From Calditrichia bacterium (GTDB lineage: Bacteria; Calditrichota; Calditrichia; RBG-13-44-9; J075): DNA of 64,000 nt. This document shows, piece by piece, positions 19,987 to 30,468 of the stretch; within the stretch, counting starts at the first letter, position 1, and the number at the start of each line of letters is the position of its first letter. The notes under the pieces are model-generated. The model was not told the DNA's origin and ran no database searches. It saw only the letters and a program-made list of their open reading frames with translations. The stretch lies in NCBI GenBank assembly GCA_050633245.1, contig JBOEGD010000004.1, positions 109,866 through 173,865 on the forward strand. The letters run 5' to 3'. The translations under genes and the position numbers were made by a program.

Positions 19987-20865
19987 ATGCTAAATAAGTT
20001 GATGTTTTCAATCCTTTTGATTGTCGCAATAGTTATTAACCTGCCTCTGTCTGCTCAGACGGTGAAGGCGCGAGTTGCCTTACAGTCAGATCGCCTGCTA
20101 CCTGAAGAGCGCAATATCCTCAGTGACATACCCAATCGGTTGGAAGACTATATAAACTCCTACGATTGGGCCGGGGACAATGAGCAAATAGAAATTGATT
20201 TGCGACTGAATTTCGTAATCGAGGCTGTGAGCGACCGCGGTAGCGAGCAAATCTTTCGCGGTCAGATCGTAACCAATTCATCGTCGGGTGAGAACTTTGT
20301 AGATCGTGCCGTTGAATTTGTTTATCAGCAAGGTCAATCAATGCAGCATGATGAAGCGCTTTTTAACTCGTTAACCTCGATTGTCGATTACTACATCTAC
20401 ATGATTATGGGCGGCGAAATGGATGCGTATCTTATTAAAGGTGGCACCTTTTTTTATGATCGCGCGAGAATTATTGCTGAGCAAGGGCTCATCAGCAACT
20501 ATAAGCTTGGTTGGACAGCCCGTCAGGAAGAGGTTAACTCGGTTACTGATGCCGACCACGCATTTTTAAGAGAAGCAAAGTTCTATTATTATGAGGGGCT
20601 GTTTTTTATCGAGTCACGGCGAGATCGTGAGAAAGGCCCCTTGTATTCCAAGAAGGTCGTCGATCTTCTTGAGAATATTCAGCGTCGAAAGCCCAGCAGC
20701 AAAATTTTGAAGCGTTTTCTTGATGCTCACAATCAGGAATTCTGTAAGCTTTTTTCTTATGATACAACGGAAGAAAATGCCCGGAGAATGATGGGCATCG
20801 ATAACCGCCGTCGGGAAGTATATGAGGCGTGCTTAACGGCAAGAGAACAGGGCGAGTATAATTAA
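19987..20865 (+). CDS. DUF4835 family protein (PorD-like, T9SS-associated in Bacteroidota)
   Basis: Signal peptide; LEDYINSYDW, SLTSIVDYYIYMIMG..D....GGT.FY..A. Confidence 0.7.
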   Translation: MLNKLMFSILLIVAIVINLPLSAQTVKARVALQSDRLLPEERNILSDIPNRLEDYINSYDWAGDNEQIEIDLRLNFVIEAVSDRGSEQIFRGQIVTNSSSGENFVDRAVEFVYQQGQSMQHDEALFNSLTSIVDYYIYMIMGGEMDAYLIKGGTFFYDRARIIAEQGLISNYKLGWTARQEEVNSVTDADHAFLREAKFYYYEGLFFIESRRDREKGPLYSKKVVDLLENIQRRKPSSKILKRFLDAHNQEFCKLFSYDTTEENARRMMGIDNRRREVYEACLTAREQGEYN

Positions 20866-20873
20866 ACGAAGAC

Positions 20874-20905
20874 GGCATCTCAACAGTTGTGTGGAGATGC
20901 CTTTT
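20874..20905. terminator. Terminator between convergent genes
   Basis: GGCATCTC...GAGATGCC followed by TTTT. Confidence 0.65.
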
Positions 20906-20909
20906 GCAT

Positions 20910-21986
20910 TTAGACGTTAAATCTTACATTCATAATATCACCGTCTTTAACGATATAGCTTTTTCCTTCCAGGCGTAGTTTGCCTTCATCACGTGCCTTA
21001 GACAGGCTACCCAACTCCAGAAACTCTTTATAGCCAACGACCTCTGCGCGAATAAAGCCACGTTCAAGATCAGAGTGAATAACGCCGGCTGCTTTCTGAC
21101 AGACCGTATTTTCCTTAATCGTCCAGGAACGACATTCGTCTTCACCAACCGTAAAGAAACAGGCAAGACCGAGCAGCTCATAACATGTGCGTATCAGCTT
21201 GTTAGAAGCCGGCTCTTTAATACCAAGCTCTTCCATAAACATTTCTCGATCGTCATCATCCAGCTGAGATATCTCTTGCTCAACCTTACCGCATAAACCA
21301 ATCATGCTCACATTTTTGCCAGCCTGGAAGCTGTTTAACAACTCAGCGTCTTTTTCAATATCGCTCTCGTTGTAATTGATAACGAAAACCAGTGGCTTTG
21401 CCGTCAGAAACTGATATCCTCGAAGCATGGTTGCCTCATCTTCAGTGAAATCTATTTCTCGAAGCGGGCGTTCTTCTTCCAGAACTGACATGCAGCGCTT
21501 AAGCAATTCCAGCTCACGCTGATTCTTCTCATCTTTTACTTTGGAAAGCTGTTTTTCGAGACGCTCGATGCGGGTTTCCATAATGCTGAGATCGGATAGC
21601 AAAAACTCCGCTTCAACAGTCAAAATATCGCGAGCCGGATCGATGCTTCCGGCAGGATGAGGGTAGAACTCATTCTCGAATGCCCGAATAACAACACAGA
21701 GCGCTGCCGTTCCCTTTAACACCTGCAAAAACTGAGCATCGAAGCCTTTTTGTCCGGAATCGCTATCCATCCCGCCAACTTCAATATATTCGATGGTTGT
21801 ATTAACCTGCTTCTTCGGATTGAAGATTGCAGTCAGTTCATCCAAGCGGTTGTCGGGCACTTTTACAATGCCGCGATGTACTTCGATTTTTCCACCGCCA
21901 AATCCGCCATCGGCGGTCTGTCCGGTCAAGGTAGAGAAAAGGGTCGTTTTTCCGGATACGGGCAGACCAACTATTCCAACTTCCAC
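20910..21986 (-). CDS. ychF: Obg-family ATPase YchF/OLA1
   Basis: GIVGLP..GKTT, VPDNRL, FLTAKP, FFTVG, AAGVIHSD..RGFIRAEV, YIVKDGD. Confidence 0.93.
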   Translation of the reverse strand: MEVGIVGLPVSGKTTLFSTLTGQTADGGFGGGKIEVHRGIVKVPDNRLDELTAIFNPKKQVNTTIEYIEVGGMDSDSGQKGFDAQFLQVLKGTAALCVVIRAFENEFYPHPAGSIDPARDILTVEAEFLLSDLSIMETRIERLEKQLSKVKDEKNQRELELLKRCMSVLEEERPLREIDFTEDEATMLRGYQFLTAKPLVFVINYNESDIEKDAELLNSFQAGKNVSMIGLCGKVEQEISQLDDDDREMFMEELGIKEPASNKLIRTCYELLGLACFFTVGEDECRSWTIKENTVCQKAAGVIHSDLERGFIRAEVVGYKEFLELGSLSKARDEGKLRLEGKSYIVKDGDIMNVRFNV

Positions 21987-22172
21987 GTGAGTTTCCTCCG
22001 GTTATAAAATTTTCGTTTAATCGGCGCGCAATATAGCATTTGCATCTGCGAATTCCAACTGATCAGACAAATCCTTTCTTGACAATTCAACTAGTGCAGA
22101 CCTACATTCAAGAATTGTCTCACTAGTAAAGCGACTACGAGTTGAATGCATACGGCTAAGGTTTTATAGACA

Positions 22173-22808
22173 ATGTCTGATATACCGGAAAATTTACAGT
22201 TCGAACACTTTATTTGGCAAACAGGCATTACGCGAATTGCCGGAATCGATGAGGTCGGACGTGGCCCATTGGCAGGGCCTGTCGTGGCAGCAGCAGTTAT
22301 TTTTGAGCCACATTTGCATCTCGAAGGTGTAACAGATTCCAAGAAGCTCTCGGCGAAGAAACGGGACTTGTATTACGATCAAATTTTGGAAAACTGTAGT
22401 CACTATGCTGTGGGCATTGTAGATAATGAGGAAATTGATCGTATTAATATTCGCCAGGCAACTTTTAAAGCTATGCGAATGGCGTTGGGATCTTTAGGGA
22501 GGGCGCCAGAATATTTATTGGTGGATGGAGAGGAACTACCGAGTAAAATTTATCCACAAGAGGCTTTGATAAAGGGTGACCTCAGGAGTTTTACTATTGC
22601 TGCTGCGTCGATAGTTGCAAAAGTAACCCGCGACAGAATGATGATTGAATTTAATGAAACGTATCCCGGATATGGATTTGATGGTCATAAGGGGTATGGA
22701 ACTGCAGCGCATATTGCTGCAATTAAACGAATGGGCCCAACGCCAATACATCGCCGCTCTTTCCTTACGCGCATTTACCCTCAGGCATCTGACTCACCGT
22801 CCTCGTAA
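22173..22808 (+). CDS. rnhB: Ribonuclease HII
   Basis: GIDEVGRGPLAGPVVAAAV, DSKKL, IAAASIVAKVTRD, HKGYGT, HRRSF. Confidence 0.97.
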   Translation: MSDIPENLQFEHFIWQTGITRIAGIDEVGRGPLAGPVVAAAVIFEPHLHLEGVTDSKKLSAKKRDLYYDQILENCSHYAVGIVDNEEIDRINIRQATFKAMRMALGSLGRAPEYLLVDGEELPSKIYPQEALIKGDLRSFTIAAASIVAKVTRDRMMIEFNETYPGYGFDGHKGYGTAAHIAAIKRMGPTPIHRRSFLTRIYPQASDSPSS

Positions 22809-23215
22809 CGCTTCATGCGCTTCGAGATCTTCTCAATTTCCTTTAAGGGATATACCCGGCCTTCTCCAATTCCAGGACATTCTTTGGCAACCAGGTTCCA
22901 GCGATACTGAGACTTTAAATTCTCGGGCCAGAAGGGGAAGGTGCTGCATTGAACAGGACGTGCTTCATATACCTGACAGCGTTCATTCTCCAGAAATACA
23001 CAGTCGCCATTGTCGTGGGATTTTAAGAAAATATGATTTCGAATAATTTCAGTATACTCCCAGAGAAAGTCAGCTTCATCCATCATTAATACGTCAGCCA
23101 TTGTGGATGCTTCTTTTTCACTCAACATAACAGAGCCGGTTGGGTTTGAACAGCAATGACCACATTCTGTGCAGCCAAACTGCAGGCCCTCGGCGTAGAA
23201 CTTCTTCTTTTTCAT
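22781..23215 (-). CDS. YkgJ-family cysteine-cluster (CxxCxxCC) protein
   Basis: CTECGHCC, CVFL...CQVYEARPVQCSTFPFW, ECPGIG. Confidence 0.9.
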   Translation of the reverse strand: MKKKKFYAEGLQFGCTECGHCCSNPTGSVMLSEKEASTMADVLMMDEADFLWEYTEIIRNHIFLKSHDNGDCVFLENERCQVYEARPVQCSTFPFWPENLKSQYRWNLVAKECPGIGEGRVYPLKEIEKISKRMKRYEDGESDA

Positions 23216-23226
23216 GCTTTGCTCGC

Positions 23227-23640
23227 CTACTCTACTTCTTCTGCAACCACATCGCGTGGCTCTTCCTTATAATCGCGAAAAATGCGGAAAGCATCGAGGT
23301 CATCGCGAAGCGAGTTCACTACGTAGGCAATTACTGCCGCGTCATCCATAAAACCGAAAAAGCCAAGGAAATCCGGGATTAAATCCAGCGGGTTTACAAA
23401 ATATAATACTGCGCCCATTGCCGAAAGCAGGGTTTTCCAGGGGAGTTTGCGATAGTCGCCGTTGCGATAAGCGAGTAGCATTTGAATCATTGTTTGAAGA
23501 TCGCCCCAGACAGATTTGATGCGATCTTTATGTTCATCGGCTTTTTTCCTGGCATCATTGAGTACGGACTCGGCTTGCTCATCATCTCGTAATACGTCTT
23601 CTGCCTCTTTTTTGGACTTCTCGTATACTCTGTTTCTCAT
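23227..23640 (-). CDS. YkvA/DUF1232 membrane protein
   Basis: YFVNPLDLIPDFLGFFGFMDDA. Confidence 0.9.
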   Translation of the reverse strand: MRNRVYEKSKKEAEDVLRDDEQAESVLNDARKKADEHKDRIKSVWGDLQTMIQMLLAYRNGDYRKLPWKTLLSAMGAVLYFVNPLDLIPDFLGFFGFMDDAAVIAYVVNSLRDDLDAFRIFRDYKEEPRDVVAEEVE

Positions 23641-23799
23641 GCTAACATCCTGTTCTACGGTTCATATTTTTCTCATAACAATCTACAAAGAGATTCCTTG
23701 GGTAAAAAGATTTTTATCGTTTGTCGTAGAGAATTAGGCACTATATTAATTGCTTATTCCCACAGTCCTGAAACACACTTTTATTCTGAAGGTTCCGGT

Positions 23800-24486
23800 T
23801 TGTCATTGATTATACGCTCTGTTTTTGCCATTCTTTGTCTGTTTGGAACGTACGGATATGGCCGTGCCTTGGTGGCCTACACTCAGCGGCAGTTGGGCGT
23901 GTTAGATATGCATGGAACAGTGCTGGCATTTGGCGTCGGGGCTTTTTTCTATTTGTCTCTCTGGCTATTCTTCTTTTCGAAACGTGGTAATTTTTGGAGT
24001 GTTTTTGAGCATGAAATGATTCACGCGATTTTCGCGTTACTATTCTTTAAAAAGGTGCATTCGTTTGCCGCAACTCGTAAGAAGGGGGGAATGGTAGAAA
24101 TTGAAGGGGGGAACTTCATGATTGCTCTTGCACCATATTTCTTTCCTTTAGTCACTGTTCTGCTAATCGGTGTAAAACCATTTCTTCCCTATCGCTATCA
24201 GTGGATATTAAATGCTCTTGTGGGCTTTACACTTATGTTTCATCTGGTGCATCTAACAAACGAGTTTCACCCGGAGCAACCCGACATTCAGCGAACCGGA
24301 CGTCTGTTCTCCGTTATCGTTATCTTGTTCTTTAATATTTTCTTTATCGGACTCTCAATCGCGTCGCTCGACGGAACGATTATTCCGATGCGCGGCTTTG
24401 TTGAAATGGGCTTTTGGGATTCCGTTGAATTTGCGGCTGATCTATTTCAACGCGGAGAAAATGAAGTTAGGCAGCGCCTCTTCTAA
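23800..24486 (+). CDS. Membrane metallopeptidase, M50B-like
   Basis: FEHEMIHA (HExxH), IALAPYFFP, multiple TM segments; start uncertain. Confidence 0.7.
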   Translation: MSLIIRSVFAILCLFGTYGYGRALVAYTQRQLGVLDMHGTVLAFGVGAFFYLSLWLFFFSKRGNFWSVFEHEMIHAIFALLFFKKVHSFAATRKKGGMVEIEGGNFMIALAPYFFPLVTVLLIGVKPFLPYRYQWILNALVGFTLMFHLVHLTNEFHPEQPDIQRTGRLFSVIVILFFNIFFIGLSIASLDGTIIPMRGFVEMGFWDSVEFAADLFQRGENEVRQRLF

Positions 24487-24971
24487 ATAGTTGCAGTAGA
24501 ACGTTGCTTTATCTGCGGCCACATTCGGTCAATCTCGGCCTTAATCTCCCAAAACGTATTCCGGTGAATTTCTAAACTACGTCCATGCGGATCTTTGATG
24601 GACAGCTGCTCCGGCGGTTCGGGCCTGCAAAATTCTTTTAAGGTGAAAAGTTTAACATTGTGGTGGGGGAAAATAGCCAAGAGGTCATTCTTGTGTTCTA
24701 ATGTCATGCAGAGAACAAGGTCACATTCATTCATCATGGTGGGATTGACGGGTTTCGAGCGCAGTTCCAATGTCTCAAGGCCATTTTCACTACATACCTG
24801 AATAGAATTTTCTGCAGGAGGAACACCTTGAATTGCCCAGGTTCCGGCAGATTTAACCTCAATTTGCTCTTGCAAATTCTCATCCATAACTAACTTGCGA
24901 AGATAAACTTCAGCCATAGGTGTGCGGCAGATGTTTGCTGTGCAGACAAAAAGAACCGAGAATCTCGACAT
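24483..24971 (-). CDS. Low-molecular-weight protein phosphatase (YwlE-like Arg/Tyr phosphatase)
   Basis: CTANICRTPMAE, SAGT, IKDPHG. Confidence 0.9.
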   Translation of the reverse strand: MSRFSVLFVCTANICRTPMAEVYLRKLVMDENLQEQIEVKSAGTWAIQGVPPAENSIQVCSENGLETLELRSKPVNPTMMNECDLVLCMTLEHKNDLLAIFPHHNVKLFTLKEFCRPEPPEQLSIKDPHGRSLEIHRNTFWEIKAEIDRMWPQIKQRSTATI

Positions 24972-25067
24972 AGCAGCAGGAATCTCTGTTTAATGCATAA
25001 TAAGTGAATTTTGTCATTTCTAGCGCGTATGACTAAAATTTAAGCGAAATCTATCAAAATGCCTAGT

Positions 25068-25676
25068 CTAAATTGGCTTTTTCCGGATTGTTAGGATGCT
25101 GCTCAATAGCTCTGTTGGATATGCCCCTTGTCGAACAATGATACAACTTTTATCCGTCGGGTCAACTTTAATTATTGTTGAAGGGATTGAGTGCCTGCAA
25201 GTGCCATAATCAAGCTTTTCATCTACACCTGCACGAATAGAACTGTTTACCTTCTCAAAAGCTATTGGGGGCGGCTCACCTGTCAGATTAGCGCTAGTGG
25301 TAATTATCGGCACGCCGCAGGAATTTATTAGAAAATTACTCAATTCATGATTCGGATAGCGGATGCCTATTTCCGGGAACTGATTCCAGTAGGCCAGGGG
25401 ATAGTTTTGTTTCGAGGGAATTAGCAGAGTTAACGCCCCGGGAAGGAGCTTTTTGCAGATATCCAGAATCCAGCTGTCGGTGATTAGTAAGTCTGTTTCC
25501 AGGGATTGATAAGAGGAGATCATTATCGACAACGGTTTGTTTACGTCGCGTTGCTTTAAATGGGCTACCTTTTTCAGAGCATCAAAATTATCCCAACGTG
25601 CTGCCAGTCCATATACCGTCTCGGTTGGATGAAGCAGAACGCCACCATCGCGAAGTATTTTCCCGTATTGTTCCAC
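25068..25676 (-). CDS. tsaC: Threonylcarbamoyl-AMP synthase (Sua5/YrdC)
   Basis: PTETVYGL, LKQRDVNKPL, PGALT, TTSANLTG, PSTII. Confidence 0.93.
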   Translation of the reverse strand: MEQYGKILRDGGVLLHPTETVYGLAARWDNFDALKKVAHLKQRDVNKPLSIMISSYQSLETDLLITDSWILDICKKLLPGALTLLIPSKQNYPLAYWNQFPEIGIRYPNHELSNFLINSCGVPIITTSANLTGEPPPIAFEKVNSSIRAGVDEKLDYGTCRHSIPSTIIKVDPTDKSCIIVRQGAYPTELLSSILTIRKKPI

Positions 25677-25678
25677 CT

Positions 25679-26749
25679 CTATGGCTCCTCAGATTTGTTT
25701 TTCGAGTTGAGCATTGATTGTACTTCTGCTAAAACAGGGTCAATCGTTATGCTCTTCATGCAATCGAACGTCTTTATTGGACAAGTATTCCCGCCATGGC
25801 TACCGCAGGGGCGACAAACCAGTCCGTCCGTTTCAACAACGACATCATTGTCTCCATAGGGAAAAAAACCAAAATCAGTGATCGTAGGTCCAAAGACCGC
25901 GGTCACAGGTGTTCCTACGCTCACCGCCAGGTGCATCGGCGCGCTGTCGTTTGTTAGCAAAACACGCGAATGCTTAATTAAAAGTGCAGATTGACGCAGA
26001 CTGCATTTACCAATAGCATTGTGAATCTTGCCATTCACGGCAGCCGCGATTTCAGAGCCAAGCTGTTCGTCTGCTGGCCCGCCGATTAGGATAACCTTAA
26101 CCCCACGCTCAATTAGAGCCGTTGCAACCCCCGCAAATCTCTCGGGCAACCAGCGTTTAGTGTTCCACACTGAACCTGGCGCAATTGTAACCGTAGATTC
26201 TCCGGGAGATATTTCATTCTTGTCCAGCCAGCGATTCACTACCTGTTCATCTTCATCATTGAAATAGAGAAGCGGAAATACCTTGTTGTTGATTTCGATA
26301 TTCAACGGAGACAATAGTTTCAAATTACGATCGATCTCATGTACACTGCTTCGAGGATAGCTAACGGTATCTGTAAAAAGCATACGCCCGGCGCTTCTAT
26401 CGAACGAAATGCTGCGTTTGCATGCAGCCAGGCGCACCAGTACAGCACTTCGCAGCGAGCGATGTGGAACGAGAGCTAAGTTATAGCGCTTCTTGCGTAG
26501 CTTCTTGGCAAGACTCATATAATTACTGATGCCGCGATCGGTATTGCGCTTATCATAAATAATGAGTTCGTTCAGATCGTCATGTGTTTCCAGGAGCGTG
26601 CGTGCTGCCGGAATAGCAATAAAGTCGATCTCGGAATCTGGAAAAGAACGTTTGGCTTCCTGAAGGAGGGGGAGCGTTAAGATAACGTCTCCGATGAAGG
26701 CAGTCTGTACAATTAGAATGCGATGAACAGGTAATGGGGAGTTGCTCAT
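25679..26749 (-). CDS. waaF: LPS heptosyltransferase II (GT9)
   Basis: QTAFIGDVIL, HRSLRS, APGSVWNTKRW, TNDSAPMHLA, FGPT. Confidence 0.88.
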   Translation of the reverse strand: MSNSPLPVHRILIVQTAFIGDVILTLPLLQEAKRSFPDSEIDFIAIPAARTLLETHDDLNELIIYDKRNTDRGISNYMSLAKKLRKKRYNLALVPHRSLRSAVLVRLAACKRSISFDRSAGRMLFTDTVSYPRSSVHEIDRNLKLLSPLNIEINNKVFPLLYFNDEDEQVVNRWLDKNEISPGESTVTIAPGSVWNTKRWLPERFAGVATALIERGVKVILIGGPADEQLGSEIAAAVNGKIHNAIGKCSLRQSALLIKHSRVLLTNDSAPMHLAVSVGTPVTAVFGPTITDFGFFPYGDNDVVVETDGLVCRPCGSHGGNTCPIKTFDCMKSITIDPVLAEVQSMLNSKNKSEEP

Positions 26750-27132
26750 AATTACATCATTTTGTTTCGCGATTTAGCGTTGCGGATACAGGGTGAAATT
26801 TCGTCTTAGGTGGCGAAAAATCAGGCAATTCGTGACAATTGTCAAAATCCGTCACAATGAGCATCGTCTGACAATGAATGAAGTTGCATGCAAAGATATT
26901 CGCAATGTCTTTTTTTGATAAACTTTTAAGTTGTTGTATATATTGAATTTGCTTGCTTTTTTTGATTTGTGCTTCAATGAGGCTTCGATGCAGAAATACC
27001 TCGAAAATTCATTTTATATAAATTCTGAAAAAAATGTCGAAAAATCACCTCTGATGTTACTGCGATCAATACTGCATGGTGAATATTCGCGTATATTTTA
27101 TCAACAATTGAACATGTTACGGAGGAAACACA

Positions 27133-27345
27133 ATGAAAAGTTTATCACAAATTCGTCAAGCATACGAAGACAATTATGCGAAGATGACTGCTCTAATTTC
27201 TCAAATGGGTGGTGACGAGTGTATTAAATTCCATCGCAAGAAGCGATCCTCACTTTATACGAAGCTCAAAGACCTTCAGCGTCATGAGCACTATCTGGAC
27301 GAAATGGAGAACCGACTGCACAGTTCGCAGTATTCGTATCACTAA
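27133..27345 (+). CDS. Small hypothetical helical protein (70 aa)
   Basis: GGAGG RBS 7 nt before ATG, long AT-rich upstream region, downstream terminator. Confidence 0.7.
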   Translation: MKSLSQIRQAYEDNYAKMTALISQMGGDECIKFHRKKRSSLYTKLKDLQRHEHYLDEMENRLHSSQYSYH

Positions 27346-27413
27346 AAAGGGATTTTGCCTTGCTTCCTCCGCAGCAAGCAATGCATAAGACTCCAATCTA
27401 CATCATATAGATC

Positions 27414-27450
27414 GCCCGGTCAGGCTTTTGTCTGACCGGGCATTTTTTTT
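27414..27450. terminator. Intrinsic terminator (likely bidirectional)
   Basis: GCCCGGTCAGGC-TTTT-GTCTGACCGGGC plus T-tract, at the argF stop. Confidence 0.85.
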
Positions 27451-28369
27451 AGCGGCTATCTCTTGCCAGCTTCAGCATAATGGCTTTCTGAACGTGCATT
27501 CTGTTCTCTGCCTCATCAAACACAATAGATTGCTTACTTTCCATAACCTCATCGGTAATCTCATCGCCACGGTGCGCCGGAAGACAGTGCATAACCAGCA
27601 CATTATCTGCAGCATGTGATACCAACTCCGTATTCAATTGATAGGGCGCAAATATCCTCTTTCGAGCAGCAGCTTCTTCTTCCTGTCCCATACTTGCCCA
27701 CACGTCTGTGTATAGCACATCGGCATTGGTAACGGCTTCCACAGGATCTGTAATCAGTTCAATCTTGCTTAATCCCGCAGCGCGTGCATCTTCGAGCGTT
27801 TTAGTATCTGGTTGATAATCGCGCGGTGAACAGATAACCAGATGAATGGGAACGCGGGCAGCAAAATTTATCCAGGAGTGAGCGATATTGTTTCCGTCTC
27901 CGACATAAACGATTTTCAGATTGTCCAGCGTGCCGCGGTGTTCAAGAATCGTAAAGGTGTCTGCCATAATCTGACAGGGGTGATTGTAGTCGGTAAGGCC
28001 GTTTACTACCGGAACACTGGCATATTCGGCAAGCTCTTCGATGTGAGCATGTTCGAACAGGCGAGCCATAATGATATCATTATAGCGTGATATAACGCGT
28101 GAAATGTCTTTCACGGCTTCACGCTTACCGATTCCAATATCCTGTGGTGCCAGATATAGCGCTGTTCCGCCGAGCTGAAAAATTCCCGTTTCGAAGGAAA
28201 TTCGCGTGCGTGCACTTGGCTTCGCGAAAATCATCGCAAGACTATAGCCTGCCAAATGATGATGTGGTTCACGATTATGTGTTTTGGTTTTCATCTCTTT
28301 GGAAAGGTCAAAAACTTCATAGATCTCTTCTTTTGTGAAATCTGTAATCGAAAGAAAATGTCTGGCCAT
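27449..28369 (-). CDS. argF: Ornithine carbamoyltransferase
   Basis: SARTRISFE (variant of STRT), HPCQ, GDGNN, TDVWASMG, HCLP, AENR. Confidence 0.93.
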   Translation of the reverse strand: MARHFLSITDFTKEEIYEVFDLSKEMKTKTHNREPHHHLAGYSLAMIFAKPSARTRISFETGIFQLGGTALYLAPQDIGIGKREAVKDISRVISRYNDIIMARLFEHAHIEELAEYASVPVVNGLTDYNHPCQIMADTFTILEHRGTLDNLKIVYVGDGNNIAHSWINFAARVPIHLVICSPRDYQPDTKTLEDARAAGLSKIELITDPVEAVTNADVLYTDVWASMGQEEEAAARKRIFAPYQLNTELVSHAADNVLVMHCLPAHRGDEITDEVMESKQSIVFDEAENRMHVQKAIMLKLARDSR

Positions 28370-28431
28370 TAGTGTCTCCTTGGCTAAAAGTCCGCTCAAT
28401 AGGGTATTGTGCAGAGATTGTTTTTGTTTTC

Positions 28432-29802
28432 TTAAAGGATAAATTTGCGTAAATCTTCATCTTCTACAATATCACGCAGCTTATCTTCGACAAATTTGCG
28501 CGCAATTGTTACAGTTTGGTCTTTCATTGCCGGCGCTTCGAAAAGTAATTCTTCAAGCAGGGTTGACATGATGGTATGCAGTCTGCGTGCACCGATGTTT
28601 TCTGCTTTGGTGTTCACATAGCTTGCAGTTTCGGCCATGGCCTGGATCCCGTCTTTTTTGAACTTCAGCTTAATGCCTTCTGTTTGGAGCAGCGCTTCAT
28701 ATTGCTTTGTGAGTGCATTTTGCGGCTCAGAAAGAATCTTAACGAAGTCTTCAGTTGTCAGACTTTCCAGCTCGACGCGTATGGGGAAGCGTCCCTGAAG
28801 CTCGGGGATGAGGTCGGATGGTTTAGATACGTGAAACGCACCTGAAGCAATAAAAAGAATATGATCTGTTTTTACAGTACCATACTTGGTAACTACGGTT
28901 GTGCCCTCAACGACCGGGAGAAGATCTCGCTGAACGCCTTGTCTGGATACATCCGGTCCCTGTTTGGATGTGCCCCCGGCAATTTTATCAATCTCATCCA
29001 GAAACACAATTCCGGAGTTTTGCACGCGTTTTAGCGATTCCTGAACCACCTCTTCCATATCAATCAGTTTTTGAGCTTCCTGCTGAGCCAGCAGCGAAAG
29101 TGCTTCCGGTACCGATACGCGGCGCTTTTTCATCTGTTTTGGCATAAAGTTACCAAACAACTCCTGCAGGTTGATGCCCATTTCTTCAAGTCCCCCCGGT
29201 GAAAAAACCTGCATGGTTGGCGTTGAATCACTCGGCGTATCAATTTCCACAGTGCGTTCATCAAGTTCGCCCTTCATCAATTTCTGGCGAAATTTTGTGC
29301 GGCTGCGCTGATATTTGGCTTCAGCGGAATTTTCTTCGTCGACATCATCCGGGGTAAAGCCTGTTTGAGCGGAAGGGGAGGGGATAAGAATATCCAGCAG
29401 TCGTTCAATTGCCAGTTCACTGGCTTTCTCTTCGACAGCAGCTTTTTTTTCTTCTCGTACCATATTCAGTGCAATATCCACAAGGTCGCGAATAATACTT
29501 TCGACGTCTCGACCGACATAACCGACCTCGGTAAATTTTGAGGCTTCAACCTTAATGAATGGCGCGTTAGCCAGCTTGGCCAGTCTTCGCGAGATCTCGG
29601 TTTTTCCAACGCCGGTTGGCCCGATAAGAATAATATTATTCGGCATAATTTCGTCATGAAGCGGACCTTCTACCTGTTGACGACGCCAGCGATTACGCAG
29701 GGCAATTGCAACCGATCGCTTTGCGTTGTGTTGTCCGATAATGTAGCCGTCTAATTCTTCAACAATTTCTTTGGGGGTAAACTCTTTAATCTGTTTACGC
29801 AT
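28432..29802 (-). CDS. hslU: ATP-dependent protease ATPase subunit HslU
   Basis: [47 protein letters not shown]. Confidence 0.98.
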   Translation of the reverse strand: MRKQIKEFTPKEIVEELDGYIIGQHNAKRSVAIALRNRWRRQQVEGPLHDEIMPNNIILIGPTGVGKTEISRRLAKLANAPFIKVEASKFTEVGYVGRDVESIIRDLVDIALNMVREEKKAAVEEKASELAIERLLDILIPSPSAQTGFTPDDVDEENSAEAKYQRSRTKFRQKLMKGELDERTVEIDTPSDSTPTMQVFSPGGLEEMGINLQELFGNFMPKQMKKRRVSVPEALSLLAQQEAQKLIDMEEVVQESLKRVQNSGIVFLDEIDKIAGGTSKQGPDVSRQGVQRDLLPVVEGTTVVTKYGTVKTDHILFIASGAFHVSKPSDLIPELQGRFPIRVELESLTTEDFVKILSEPQNALTKQYEALLQTEGIKLKFKKDGIQAMAETASYVNTKAENIGARRLHTIMSTLLEELLFEAPAMKDQTVTIARKFVEDKLRDIVEDEDLRKFIL

Positions 29803-29822
29803 ATAGTATTGCTCCTAAGGGG

Positions 29823-30368
29823 CTATAAAGATTCAACTGTAATATGATTATTGCTGTAAATACAAATGTCTGCAGTTATACCCAGGGCACTTTTAACAAT
29901 TGCATCTGCAGAGAGATCGGTATTTAGCTTTAAGGCGCGGGCTGCTGCCAGGGCATAAGGACCGCCGGAACCAATGGCAAGAATTTGATCGTCCGGTTCA
30001 ATAACGTCACCGGTTCCGGATATTATAAGAGCTGTTTCATTGTTTGCAACGGCCAATAAGGCTTCGAGTCGACGGAGATAGCGGTCGGTTCTCCAATCTT
30101 TTGCAAGTTCAACTGCGGCCTTGGTAAGATTGCCGGAGTAAGACTCCAACTTCTCTTCAAATCGTTCGAACAGAGCGAACGCATCGGCGGCGGCACCGGC
30201 GAAACCGGCAAGGATCTCATCGCGATATAAGCGACGTACCTTCTTGCCCTGATGTTTCATTACTGTATTACCGAACGTTACCTGTCCGTCTCCGCCAAGA
30301 GCGACTTTTCCGTCTTTTATGACACCAAGGATTGTCGTTGCGTGAAAGCGAGGAAGTTGAGAATCCAT
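29823..30368 (-). CDS. hslV: ATP-dependent protease peptidase subunit HslV
   Basis: HATTIL (catalytic Thr after a short propeptide), [24 protein letters not shown]. Confidence 0.97.
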   Translation of the reverse strand: MDSQLPRFHATTILGVIKDGKVALGGDGQVTFGNTVMKHQGKKVRRLYRDEILAGFAGAAADAFALFERFEEKLESYSGNLTKAAVELAKDWRTDRYLRRLEALLAVANNETALIISGTGDVIEPDDQILAIGSGGPYALAAARALKLNTDLSADAIVKSALGITADICIYSNNHITVESL

Positions 30369-30468
30369 ATATGCGGAACTCCTGTTAGTAGGTTTTAGCG
30401 AGGCCAATGTACAATAATTGGCCTGCGATATCAAATGAAAAGCAATAAGGGGAAAGGGGAGAGACGTC

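Noticed and set aside
22090-22127. Imperfect inverted repeat ACTAGTG.AGAC...GTCTCACTAGT between ychF and rnhB
   Set aside because: Single weak instance with a bulge and large loop; no independent support.
26931-27215. 94-aa ORF overlapping the 70-aa gene
   Set aside because: TTG start in AT-rich promoter DNA without an RBS; conflicts with the better-supported 27133..27345 ORF.
28190-28235. argF carbamoyl-phosphate motif SART instead of STRT, suggesting a different transcarbamylase
   Set aside because: SMG, HPCQ and HCLP ornithine-site motifs are intact; most likely an ordinary OTC variant.
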